Positions 27,001 to 35,125 of a stretch of 35,908 nt of DNA are shown here, one piece after another. This stretch comes from Deltaproteobacteria bacterium (GTDB taxonomy: Bacteria; Desulfobacterota; Deferrimicrobia; Deferrimicrobiales; Deferrimicrobiaceae): contig JBBISC010000001.1 of assembly GCA_037441465.1 (NCBI GenBank), positions 23,394 to 59,301 on the forward strand, in the 5' to 3' direction. The position numbers and the translations under genes were made by a program. Under the pieces are notes generated by a model, which had not been told where the DNA came from, did no database searches, and saw only the letters and a list, made by a program, of their open reading frames with translations. Every line of letters starts with the position of its first letter. Within the stretch, counting starts at the first letter, position 1.

Positions 27001-27816
27001 TCAATCGCGCAGATGCCTTCCCGTGAGGCGCAGGAAGGATTCCTCCAGGTTGACGCACCCGTCCATGGCGGCGACCAGCGAGCGCGGGGTCCCTTCGGCG
27101 ACGATCTTCCCGCGGTCCATGATGGCCACCCGCCCGCATATGTTCTCTGCTTCCTCCATGTAGTGTGTCGTGTAAACGATCGTCGCGCCGTCGTCGCGGA
27201 GGGTCTTGAGGTTTTCGAGGATCAGGTTGCGGGACTGGGCGTCGATGCCGACCGTGGGCTCGTCGAGGAACAGGACGCGGGGGGAGTGCAGGATCGCGGC
27301 GGCGAGATTCGCCCGCCGCTTCATCCCACCGGAAAAGGTGTCGATCCGGGTTCCGCCGCGATCGGACAGGCCGACCAGCGCGAGGCAATCCTCGGTGCGC
27401 CTCCGGAGAACCCGCCCGGACAGGCCGTAAAGGCGGCCGAAGTAATGGAGATTTTCCCGGGCCGTGAGGCTCGGGTAAAGGGCGATCTCCTGGGGGGCCA
27501 GCCCGAACAGGCTCCGAATCCGGGTCGGACTTCGCTCCGTGTCCTGCGAGCAGAGGGTCACGCTGCCGCTGGTAGGTCGGAGCAGGGTGCAGATGACGGA
27601 GAGGACGGTCGTCTTCCCGGCGCCGTTCGGGCCCAGCAGGCCGAAGATTTCACCCCGTTTCACGGCGAAGTCGATTCCGTCGACCGCGGGTGTCTCGGCT
27701 CCGCGATACACCTTCACCAGGCGATGCACCTTCAGGATCTCGTCCACGGCCCCGGTATCCGTCGCATCGCCGCGGACGGGTTCCGGTACGGTCGGGTCGT
27801 TACCGTCGGACGGCAT
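27001..27816 (-). CDS. ABC exporter ATP-binding protein
   Basis: Walker A GPNGAGKTT, signature FSGGMKRR, Walker B LFLDEPT, TTHYMEE. Start is uncertain. Confidence 0.93.
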   Translation of the reverse strand: MPSDGNDPTVPEPVRGDATDTGAVDEILKVHRLVKVYRGAETPAVDGIDFAVKRGEIFGLLGPNGAGKTTVLSVICTLLRPTSGSVTLCSQDTERSPTRIRSLFGLAPQEIALYPSLTARENLHYFGRLYGLSGRVLRRRTEDCLALVGLSDRGGTRIDTFSGGMKRRANLAAAILHSPRVLFLDEPTVGIDAQSRNLILENLKTLRDDGATIVYTTHYMEEAENICGRVAIMDRGKIVAEGTPRSLVAAMDGCVNLEESFLRLTGRHLRD

Positions 27817-28825
27817 TCCGACCGCTCCGCATCCGTGCATCGAGCTCCCGGAAGAGCCCGTGTTCCGCGTCGGCGCATTCGCGTACGATCCGGGCCAGTG
27901 CGGGGAAATCTTCGTTCCCCTGGGGGCGTCCCTTGCAGAGGCGCGCTCCGGCGACCGCGAAATCCCGCCAATGGTCGCCGATGGCCGTCATCCGCAGCGA
28001 AAAATCGAGGAGGGTGCGATCGTCCAGGAGCTCCGCGGCTTCCTGGAGGAACGCCGCGTAAATGAAGCGGAATCCTCCTCCCCCGGTGCCGACTTCCTCC
28101 TGCATCCGGATGACGTTGCCCAGGTAAAGGAGCGTTCTCCGGTCCCCCAGGCGGGACGGCCACGATTCCACCTGGCCGGCCAGATACCGCATCCCCCGGA
28201 CGCCGATCAACGGGATCGGAATCCGCGTCATCAGGCGGCACACCTCCCGGATGGCCTCCCGGATCGCCGGAACCGGATCGACCGTCTTCGGGACGTTCGT
28301 CAGGAAGAACAGTTTTCCGTTCGGCGCCAACGGCCCCCTTGCGAAACGGGCCCGCTTCAGGTCGGCGGCGGCGCAGAGGATCGGTTCCTCGATCACCGGA
28401 TCGCTGATCCGGTAGGAGTCGCCCTCTTTGCCATAGACGACCAGGTTATGGGCGTTGAAGTGGAATCGCAGCGCGGGGGGGAAGTAGGGGAGCCAGTAGA
28501 CGCCGGTCTGTGCCCCGACGGGAACGCCTTCGGCCAGGAGCCGATCGAGCTCCGCCATCCCGTTCGCCGCGTCCCGGAAGGTGCGGATCGTCACCCGGAC
28601 GCCGAGACGCTTCGCCACCCGCCGGATGATCCGGCCCGGAGCGCACCGGAAGGTGGTCAGTGGCAGATGGTTGATCCGTACGAAGGGGAAATATGCGAAA
28701 AAAAGACCGCTGCCGATGCCGAACGCCATGGCCTCGGAGAGAGGAAGGCCGTGGTGGGTCAGCAGATTGGCGGCGACGCCGCTCTCGCAATGCGCCGACT
28801 GCCGATGTGGGAAGGAGGGGATCAG
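27800..28825 (-). CDS. BtrH N-terminal domain / DUF4872-like papain-fold protein with a non-canonical start
   Basis: In-frame FPHRQSAHCESGVAANLL...LSEAMAFGIGSG lies upstream of the first ATG (28729). Also FHFNAHNLVVYG, ISDP, MQEEVGTGGGGFRFIYAAFL. Probable CTG start at 28825. Confidence 0.82.
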   Translation of the reverse strand: MIPSFPHRQSAHCESGVAANLLTHHGLPLSEAMAFGIGSGLFFAYFPFVRINHLPLTTFRCAPGRIIRRVAKRLGVRVTIRTFRDAANGMAELDRLLAEGVPVGAQTGVYWLPYFPPALRFHFNAHNLVVYGKEGDSYRISDPVIEEPILCAAADLKRARFARGPLAPNGKLFFLTNVPKTVDPVPAIREAIREVCRLMTRIPIPLIGVRGMRYLAGQVESWPSRLGDRRTLLYLGNVIRMQEEVGTGGGGFRFIYAAFLQEAAELLDDRTLLDFSLRMTAIGDHWRDFAVAGARLCKGRPQGNEDFPALARIVRECADAEHGLFRELDARMRSGRNAVRR

Positions 28826-28844
28826 GGGTGGTATCCGGAAACCG

Positions 28845-29267
28845 CTATTTCCAGGCGCCGGCGGGAGGATCGCATTCCGGGATGCCCATGAGTTCCTCCT
28901 GCGTGATCCGGAAGATAGCGGCGTATCGATCCGCGAGGGCGGGAGAGATGCGCCGGAATGCCGCCGGTTTCATATGCCTCCGGACCTGCCATTGGAAAAG
29001 ACCGGCGTAGCCGGCCAGCAATCCGGGGTCCATCTGGTGACGGACCATGTGGTACGCGAGCGGGCTCAGTGCTCCGCCGCGGATCTTTGCGAGGACCGTG
29101 CCGACCTCCGCCTCGATGGACTCCCAGGCCATGTGGTTCGCGATGTTGGCGGGCTCCCATCCGGCGCTTTGGACCAGTATATACCTCCCGTCGTCGTCGA
29201 CGGCGTAGCTGACTTCCTTCCATTCCCCGAAAAGGCCCTGGTCCTGGGGGACGTCCTTTCTCCGCAT
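28845..29267 (-). CDS. Conserved hypothetical protein of dar/flexirubin-type clusters
   Basis: MRRKDVPQD...YAVDDDGRY..V.S.GWEP..IAN..AW...SPLAYHM...MD..LLA...G...WQVRRHMKP. I recall this family next to BtrH-like genes. Confidence 0.75.
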   Translation of the reverse strand: MRRKDVPQDQGLFGEWKEVSYAVDDDGRYILVQSAGWEPANIANHMAWESIEAEVGTVLAKIRGGALSPLAYHMVRHQMDPGLLAGYAGLFQWQVRRHMKPAAFRRISPALADRYAAIFRITQEELMGIPECDPPAGAWK

Positions 29268-29289
29268 CAGCAATACCGCCCCATCCGCG

Positions 29290-30135
29290 CTAGTCGTCGC
29301 GCTCGATCATCCTGGAAGATTGAAGAGGAATCCAGGCGATCGCGAAGCCGGCGGAAACGTAGTAGTGACGGCGTACCAGAGGACTGTCCTCGAACACGGC
29401 GCCGCACAGCGTGTCGTAACGGGCATAGGCCCCGAACCACGCCTTCTCGAATCGGCGCGACAGCGCGACAAGGAACTGCAGGCCCCCATAGCCGCCGTGC
29501 GCATCGAACGCCGGGCGATCAGGGCGAGCGTCGCTTTCCGACACGCCGTAGAAATATTGATGCTGACGGCGCGTCGCGAAGATCGGCCCGGCCAGCATGC
29601 CGAGTTGCCACGGCCGGCCGCCGAACCCGGCGACATCGAAATTCAGGGTGGGCGAGAGACTCACGCCGGCGTCTCGCGGGTGCGACTCGACGGTGAACGC
29701 CGCCCGGACCGGCGTGCGCACGTCGAGCTTGAAGCGACGACCGTCGCCGCGCCAAAGGTGGATGTCCAGCGACGGGCCGAATTCAACCATCGGCTTGAGA
29801 TCGGTCATTCCTTCGCGCGCGCGATTGTTCTTGCTGCGCACCGGCGGCGTTGCGCTCATGCTGAGATTGACCTCGGCCTCTTTCCGGTCCAACAGGATCG
29901 AGCGAATGCCGGTCCGGTCGGCCTTGAGCCACTCCAGGCGGTAAATAATGTAGGGAACGGGCAGAAGGTAGATGCGGACCTCGTCCGAGCCGCGGTAGTC
30001 GGGCAACAGCAAGCCTACAATGCCTGCGCCAAGCTCCCATTGCGGCGCCGTCTCGGCGGCGGCTTGTTGCGACAACCCAAGGGAGAGCGCCGCGCAAAGG
30101 ATCATGCCGGCGATTCGAGACTGTGTCTTGATCAT
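29290..30135 (-). CDS. MipA/OmpV family outer-membrane beta-barrel protein
   Basis: Signal peptide; WELGAG, PDYRGSD, PVPYIIYR, AREGMTDL, YFYGV, FEDSPLV. Confidence 0.85.
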   Translation of the reverse strand: MIKTQSRIAGMILCAALSLGLSQQAAAETAPQWELGAGIVGLLLPDYRGSDEVRIYLLPVPYIIYRLEWLKADRTGIRSILLDRKEAEVNLSMSATPPVRSKNNRAREGMTDLKPMVEFGPSLDIHLWRGDGRRFKLDVRTPVRAAFTVESHPRDAGVSLSPTLNFDVAGFGGRPWQLGMLAGPIFATRRQHQYFYGVSESDARPDRPAFDAHGGYGGLQFLVALSRRFEKAWFGAYARYDTLCGAVFEDSPLVRRHYYVSAGFAIAWIPLQSSRMIERDD

Positions 30136-30167
30136 TTCGGATCCACCCTGCTGACTCCCGCAGCCGT

Positions 30168-31304
30168 TCATTCCTCCTTGGCGCATTCGCCGGTCGTACC
30201 CGAAAGTTTCCCGAGCGTCGTCAATCCGTACGCCTCGTCTCCGGCGAGCGTGAGGCAGGAAATCCGGTCGCCGCCGACCGGATCGCCGCCGGCAGGAACC
30301 GTTGCGGGGAAGTCGCGGAAATCGGCGCCCGGGGAAGGGAATACGCGTCCCCCCTTGAGCATGAGCGCGGCCGCCGCCGCGTCGAAGGCCGGTCCTGCCG
30401 GCATGGAGCCGTACAAGGGGGTGTAGCAGGCTACGCGGGCGTTTTGCGCCACAGCGGCATAGCGTCGCCCCGATTCGCGACAGCCGTCCGCCCCCAGCAC
30501 CAGCAGGCCCGGTTCAGGGAGGGGAATGCCGGAAATCGGCGGGCATCCCGTGGTCGATGCGTCCAGCGCGCAATACCCGCAGCGGGCCGCGCTCTCCCGG
30601 GCGAGGAGCAGGAATGCGGCCCCCTCCCCGGGGATCGACGTCTCCATCTCCGTCCGCAACGGGGTCATGGGAACGGCCGGCCCCGCGTCCCGCGTGCGGT
30701 ACCGGACGTAGCCGATCAGTTCGGACAGTTCGTCGACCGCTCCGAAGAGGACCCGTTGGGCCTTTCCTTCCGCAAGCCAAAGGCGGGCGGTGGCGAGTGC
30801 GGATGGAACCGACAGGTGAAAGTGGGTGACGGTGAGGTTTGGGCCCATGGCGCCCAGCTGAATGGAGATGTGGGCGGCCGCGGAGTTGTGCACCGAGTTG
30901 GCGAAATAGGTCGGCGATGCGCAGATGTCGCCGTCGTTGATGAACGATTTGAGGAACGCGTAGGTGATTCCCGTCGGCCCGTAGCCGCTGGCGATGATGA
31001 TGCCCAGCCGGGATCTTTCCGCCTCGGGCAGTTCTGCGTCCGCCAGCGCAAGGTGGCTGCCGAGGAGGGCCAGCCGCGAGAAACGGTCGATCCTCCGCAA
31101 TGTGCGAACGGGGATGAACTCCACGAGGCGGGAATCGTCGGCCTGGAAGGCGGGGATCCGGACTGTTCCGGATCCCGTCGACAAGTCGAAGGTCCCGGGG
31201 GAAAAGGCGGCTTCGGTCAACGCCCGTGACAGATCGGAGATGCCGCAGCCGAATCCGCCGACCACTCCGATCCCCTCGATGACGATCCGTTCCGTTCCGT
31301 TCAT
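30168..31304 (-). CDS. Beta-ketoacyl synthase chain-length-factor-like subunit (non-catalytic)
   Basis: LRRIDRFSRLAL, SPTYFANSVHNSAA, GPNLT, FGAVDE, GEGAAFLLL. No TACSS cysteine. Confidence 0.82.
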   Translation of the reverse strand: MNGTERIVIEGIGVVGGFGCGISDLSRALTEAAFSPGTFDLSTGSGTVRIPAFQADDSRLVEFIPVRTLRRIDRFSRLALLGSHLALADAELPEAERSRLGIIIASGYGPTGITYAFLKSFINDGDICASPTYFANSVHNSAAAHISIQLGAMGPNLTVTHFHLSVPSALATARLWLAEGKAQRVLFGAVDELSELIGYVRYRTRDAGPAVPMTPLRTEMETSIPGEGAAFLLLARESAARCGYCALDASTTGCPPISGIPLPEPGLLVLGADGCRESGRRYAAVAQNARVACYTPLYGSMPAGPAFDAAAAALMLKGGRVFPSPGADFRDFPATVPAGGDPVGGDRISCLTLAGDEAYGLTTLGKLSGTTGECAKEE

Positions 31305-32473
31305 GCCTTGCCGAGGACGACGACCGAGTTGTTCCCCCCGAATGCGAGCGATTCGGAAAGGGCGACGGTTCCCTCGACGGTGGTGACTTCCCTGACGGGG
31401 GTGACCCCGATCTCGGGGTCGGGCGTCTCGAACCCGGCGTTGGCCGGGATTTTCCCGATCTCAAGGCAGGCGGCGGTGAACACCGCCTCGATCGCCCCCG
31501 CGGCCCCGAGGGTATGCCCGGTGTACCCTTTTGTGGAGAGGAAAGGGACGCCGGGCAGGATGTCGTGGAGGACACGGCCCTCGACCCGGTCGTTGTCGGG
31601 CGTTCCGGTCCCGTGGGCGTTGACGAACGCAACGGATGCGGAGGAAACGCCGCCGGTCGCCAAAGCTTCCGTGATCGCGCTCCGCAGCCCCGCGCCGTCG
31701 GGTCGTGGGGCGGTCAGGTGGTAAGCGTCGCTGGCGGATCCGTAGCCGAGCAGGAAGGAGCGCGCCCGTATCCCGCTCCGCCGGAGGACCCGCTCCGAGG
31801 CAAGGACGAGCATAGCCGCCCCTTCCCCGAGGTTCAATCCCTTGCGGTGTCGATCGAACGGCTTGCACGGGGAATCGTCGGTGATCATGAGGGAGATGAA
31901 ACCGATGTAGGTGATCCTTCCCAGTTCGTCGGCGCCGCCCGCGATCGCCGCATCGCAGAGGCCTGCCCGGATCCAGGATCCGGCGATTCCCACCGCATCG
32001 GTGCCGGACGAGCAGGCGGTCACCACGGTCTGGCGGGGGCCCGAGAGGTCGAATTCCCGGGCGATGACATCCGCCGGGTTGCTGCGGAGGATCCGATGGA
32101 TGGGCGCCATGTCCGGAACTCCGCCGGCCAGGTATCCGCGGCAGAACGTCTCCTCGCTCATGACGGCGCCGACGGTCGTCCCCACGCAGACTCCCACCCG
32201 CAGCGAGCCAAGGGTTTTCCGGTCGAGCCCGGCGTCGGCGACCGCTTCCCGGGCCGCGTGCAGTGCGAAGGCGCTCGTCCGGAGGAGATCCGGGGGTTCC
32301 TCGAAGCCGACCGCCTCGAACACCGGGTGGGGTATCGGGTGGTCGCTGGCGAAGCGCATCGGGGGTGCCGGGTGACGTTCGCCGCGAAGGAGCGCTTCCA
32401 TGGAATCGGACAGATTTCCGCCGGCGGCGCAGATGCAGCCCATGCCCGTGATGGCGATCGGGGCGCCGCTCAT
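31301..32473 (-). CDS. Beta-ketoacyl-ACP synthase (FabF/FabB-like)
   Basis: VTACSSG, GLNLGEGAA, DAYHLTAP, NAHGTGT, KGYTGHTLGAAG, AFGGNN. Confidence 0.93.
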   Translation of the reverse strand: MSGAPIAITGMGCICAAGGNLSDSMEALLRGERHPAPPMRFASDHPIPHPVFEAVGFEEPPDLLRTSAFALHAAREAVADAGLDRKTLGSLRVGVCVGTTVGAVMSEETFCRGYLAGGVPDMAPIHRILRSNPADVIAREFDLSGPRQTVVTACSSGTDAVGIAGSWIRAGLCDAAIAGGADELGRITYIGFISLMITDDSPCKPFDRHRKGLNLGEGAAMLVLASERVLRRSGIRARSFLLGYGSASDAYHLTAPRPDGAGLRSAITEALATGGVSSASVAFVNAHGTGTPDNDRVEGRVLHDILPGVPFLSTKGYTGHTLGAAGAIEAVFTAACLEIGKIPANAGFETPDPEIGVTPVREVTTVEGTVALSESLAFGGNNSVVVLGKA

Positions 32474-32727
32474 CCGGTTTTCAGCCGTCCTTCTATGTAG
32501 GAGGCAAGGGCATGGACCGACTGGAAAGCCGCTTTCCCCTCGTCCAGGTTCTGGATCTCGATGCCGAAGCGCTTCTGCATGATGACGATGAGTTCCACCG
32601 CGTCCAGCGAATCGAGGCCGAGACCTTCCCCGAACAGAGGTGCGTTTTCATAGATATCCGCGGGGGTCAACTCCTCGAGGTTCAAATCCTCCACGAGGAT
32701 CATTTTCAGCTTCTCCACGGTGGTCAT
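32470..32727 (-). CDS. Acyl carrier protein
   Basis: PLFGEGLGLDSLDAVEL; ATGA overlaps on both sides. Confidence 0.92.
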   Translation of the reverse strand: MTTVEKLKMILVEDLNLEELTPADIYENAPLFGEGLGLDSLDAVELIVIMQKRFGIEIQNLDEGKAAFQSVHALASYIEGRLKTG

Positions 32728-33665
32728 CCCGTCGGCTCCTGATTCCACATGTCGAAGAAATTGAAGAACTGGTAAGGGCGCTCTTCGACGAATCCCTCCA
32801 ACGCCCGGATGAATGCCTCGGCATAGGGGCGGTATGCCTCCGGGGCCCTCCCCAGATCTTCCGGGACCCGAATGACCTTCTCTACCAGCAGGGAGTAATT
32901 TCCCGGTCCGGATTTATATGGGAAAATCACGACCACGGGAGCGCCGGTGGCGGAGGCCAGTCGGTAGGGTGAAATGGGAACCCGTACCCGGGCCCCGAGG
33001 AATTCGACCCCGACCGTGCTCCTGTCGCTCCCCATTGCCCGGTCTCCCATGATACAGAGGACCTCGCCATGTTTCAACACTTGAAGCATCTCCAGCGCCC
33101 CCCCGAGGGGACCGGCAGGATCGATGATCCGGAACGCCGCTTCATCGCCGCTGTGCTCGAAAATGTGAAGGTCGACGTCGCCTTCCTCCCGGTGGAGCAG
33201 CAGGCTCACGGGGGTTTCCAGCATACGGAGACTCTCCATCGCGAATTGCCAGCATCCCGCATGGGCGGTCACGAGAATCAACCCGCGTCCTTCCCGGACC
33301 CGTTCGAGCAGTTCTTCCCGCTTGCCGTAGCGGACGGTCAACTGCCCCGGGCCGAGAATCCCCAGGGCGGCGCGATCCACAAGGATCCGCCCGATTTCGA
33401 CGGTGATCCGGAAGCAGTCCCAAAGGCGGAGGAGGCCGTTTCTCCCCGGGAAACGCCGGGAGAGGTACGGGAGGGAGCGGGCCCGGACGGATGGCCGGAA
33501 CAGTACGTAGTACAGAGCGACGAAAACCACCATGACGTAAGCGGCGCGTCGGCCGGCGAGCCGAATGAGCGCGTAAAAGAAGCGGTGCTGCCACCGGGAG
33601 CCGATGCTCCGCGCGCTCCAGGACTTCCTGTCCTTCCGCGCATCCGTTCCGTCCGACGGCCGCAT
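32724..33665 (-). CDS. LpxL-like acyltransferase (aryl-polyene/flexirubin-cluster type)
   Basis: WSARSIG, GRGLILVTAHAGCWQ, CIMGDR, FLG, PYRLA, PYQFFNFFDMW. Confidence 0.87.
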   Translation of the reverse strand: MRPSDGTDARKDRKSWSARSIGSRWQHRFFYALIRLAGRRAAYVMVVFVALYYVLFRPSVRARSLPYLSRRFPGRNGLLRLWDCFRITVEIGRILVDRAALGILGPGQLTVRYGKREELLERVREGRGLILVTAHAGCWQFAMESLRMLETPVSLLLHREEGDVDLHIFEHSGDEAAFRIIDPAGPLGGALEMLQVLKHGEVLCIMGDRAMGSDRSTVGVEFLGARVRVPISPYRLASATGAPVVVIFPYKSGPGNYSLLVEKVIRVPEDLGRAPEAYRPYAEAFIRALEGFVEERPYQFFNFFDMWNQEPTG

Positions 33666-33670
33666 CGCGT

Positions 33671-35125
33671 TCAGCAGGATTCGTCCATGAGGCGGCGGTT
33701 CGTGCGGGTGAACTTGAGGAAATCGCCCATGTTCCGCGCGAAACGAATCCAGCTGTCGGGCGATCGCCACAGCATGGCGGCATACCCCATCAATACCCTC
33801 GGTCTCTTGAAGTGGGATCGGTAGAAGTCCCGGTACAGTTCCTCGAGCCGCGCGACGGTCATTCCCTTCGTGACGAACTGGAAGTGCATGCAGTCCATCT
33901 TTTCCCAGTCTTCGTCGAAATCGCCCAGTTCGTGAATCGTTTCGTAGATCGGCGAGCCCGGGAAGGGGGTGAACTTGGTCAGGTTGAAGTCATCGATCGG
34001 GAGCGAAAAGACGTAGTCCATGCTTCGCCGGATGCTTTCCTCCGTCTCGCCGGGAAGTCCCATCATCAGAAGTCCCTTGGTCCGCATCCCCGCCTTCTTG
34101 ATCATCCCGATCTTCCGGGCGATGTGGTTCAGGTCCGCGTGCTGCCGGTGCTCCGCCAGCAGTCGTTCGTCGCCCGTCTCGATTCCGAGACTGACCATCC
34201 AGCAACCGGCCGCCTTCATGCGGCGCAGCAGCTCCGGGTCGACGTGCTCCGCACGTACGGCGCAGTTGAAGGTCATCCCGAGGGGACGATCGATCATCAT
34301 CCCCGTGAACGCATCGACCCGCTTCCGGTGGAAGGTGAACTGGTCATCGTAGAAGTTGACGTGCCGGGTGCCGAACCGTTCCTTCAGGTAATGCAGGTGT
34401 TCGTAGAGATATTCGGCGGAGTTGTACCGGAAACTCCGACGGAAGACCGAGCGGTCGCAATAGCTGCAGGAATAGGGACAGCCCCGGCTGGAGATGCAGC
34501 TCGTGTTCGGCACTCGCGGATAGTTGAAGATGGGAAGCTTGTACGAGTCCGGGAACCCGTCGAGCTTCTCGTACGCCGGGAAGGGGAGGGTGTCCAGTTC
34601 GATCGCCCGGTCCCGGAAGCCGGTGAACCGGGCGGTCCCCTCCGTGCCCTCCCGGAAGATGATTCCCGGGATTGCCGACGGATTCTCGCCCCCCGACTCG
34701 ATCAGTTCCCCCATCGTCTCTTCCCCTTCTCCGACCACGGCGAAGTCCATCGCGGGAAAGCGTGGAAAGAGCGCCTCCTTCAGTGCGGAAACGTGGGGAC
34801 CTCCGAACACGGTCCGGATGCCGGGCAAGGTCTCCCGGGCCGCTTCGGCGATCCGGATTCCGTCGAGAAAGCTCGATGTGGTGCAACTGACGCCGAGGAA
34901 GGCCGGGCGCTTCGCAAGGAGGTGGTCCCGGATCGTGCGGTCGGAGCCGGGGCGGGCGTAGCAGTCGACGATGGTGGACCGGATGTCCCGTTGTTCGAGG
35001 CAGGCCGCGATGCTGGCCAGCCCGATGGGCGGCATGATGTTGGCGATCCGGGAGATATCGCCGGAAGCGGCGTCCGCGCGATAGCCGAGAGGATGGACCA
35101 GCAGGACCCTGTCGGGATTCAGCAT
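33671..35125 (-). CDS. B12-binding domain radical SAM protein
   Basis: VLLVHP, MPPIGLASIAA, VFGGPHVS, GEGE, SSRGCPYSCSYC, FYDDQF, LGIETG, GLPGET, TPFPGS. Confidence 0.92.
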   Translation of the reverse strand: MLNPDRVLLVHPLGYRADAASGDISRIANIMPPIGLASIAACLEQRDIRSTIVDCYARPGSDRTIRDHLLAKRPAFLGVSCTTSSFLDGIRIAEAARETLPGIRTVFGGPHVSALKEALFPRFPAMDFAVVGEGEETMGELIESGGENPSAIPGIIFREGTEGTARFTGFRDRAIELDTLPFPAYEKLDGFPDSYKLPIFNYPRVPNTSCISSRGCPYSCSYCDRSVFRRSFRYNSAEYLYEHLHYLKERFGTRHVNFYDDQFTFHRKRVDAFTGMMIDRPLGMTFNCAVRAEHVDPELLRRMKAAGCWMVSLGIETGDERLLAEHRQHADLNHIARKIGMIKKAGMRTKGLLMMGLPGETEESIRRSMDYVFSLPIDDFNLTKFTPFPGSPIYETIHELGDFDEDWEKMDCMHFQFVTKGMTVARLEELYRDFYRSHFKRPRVLMGYAAMLWRSPDSWIRFARNMGDFLKFTRTNRRLMDESC

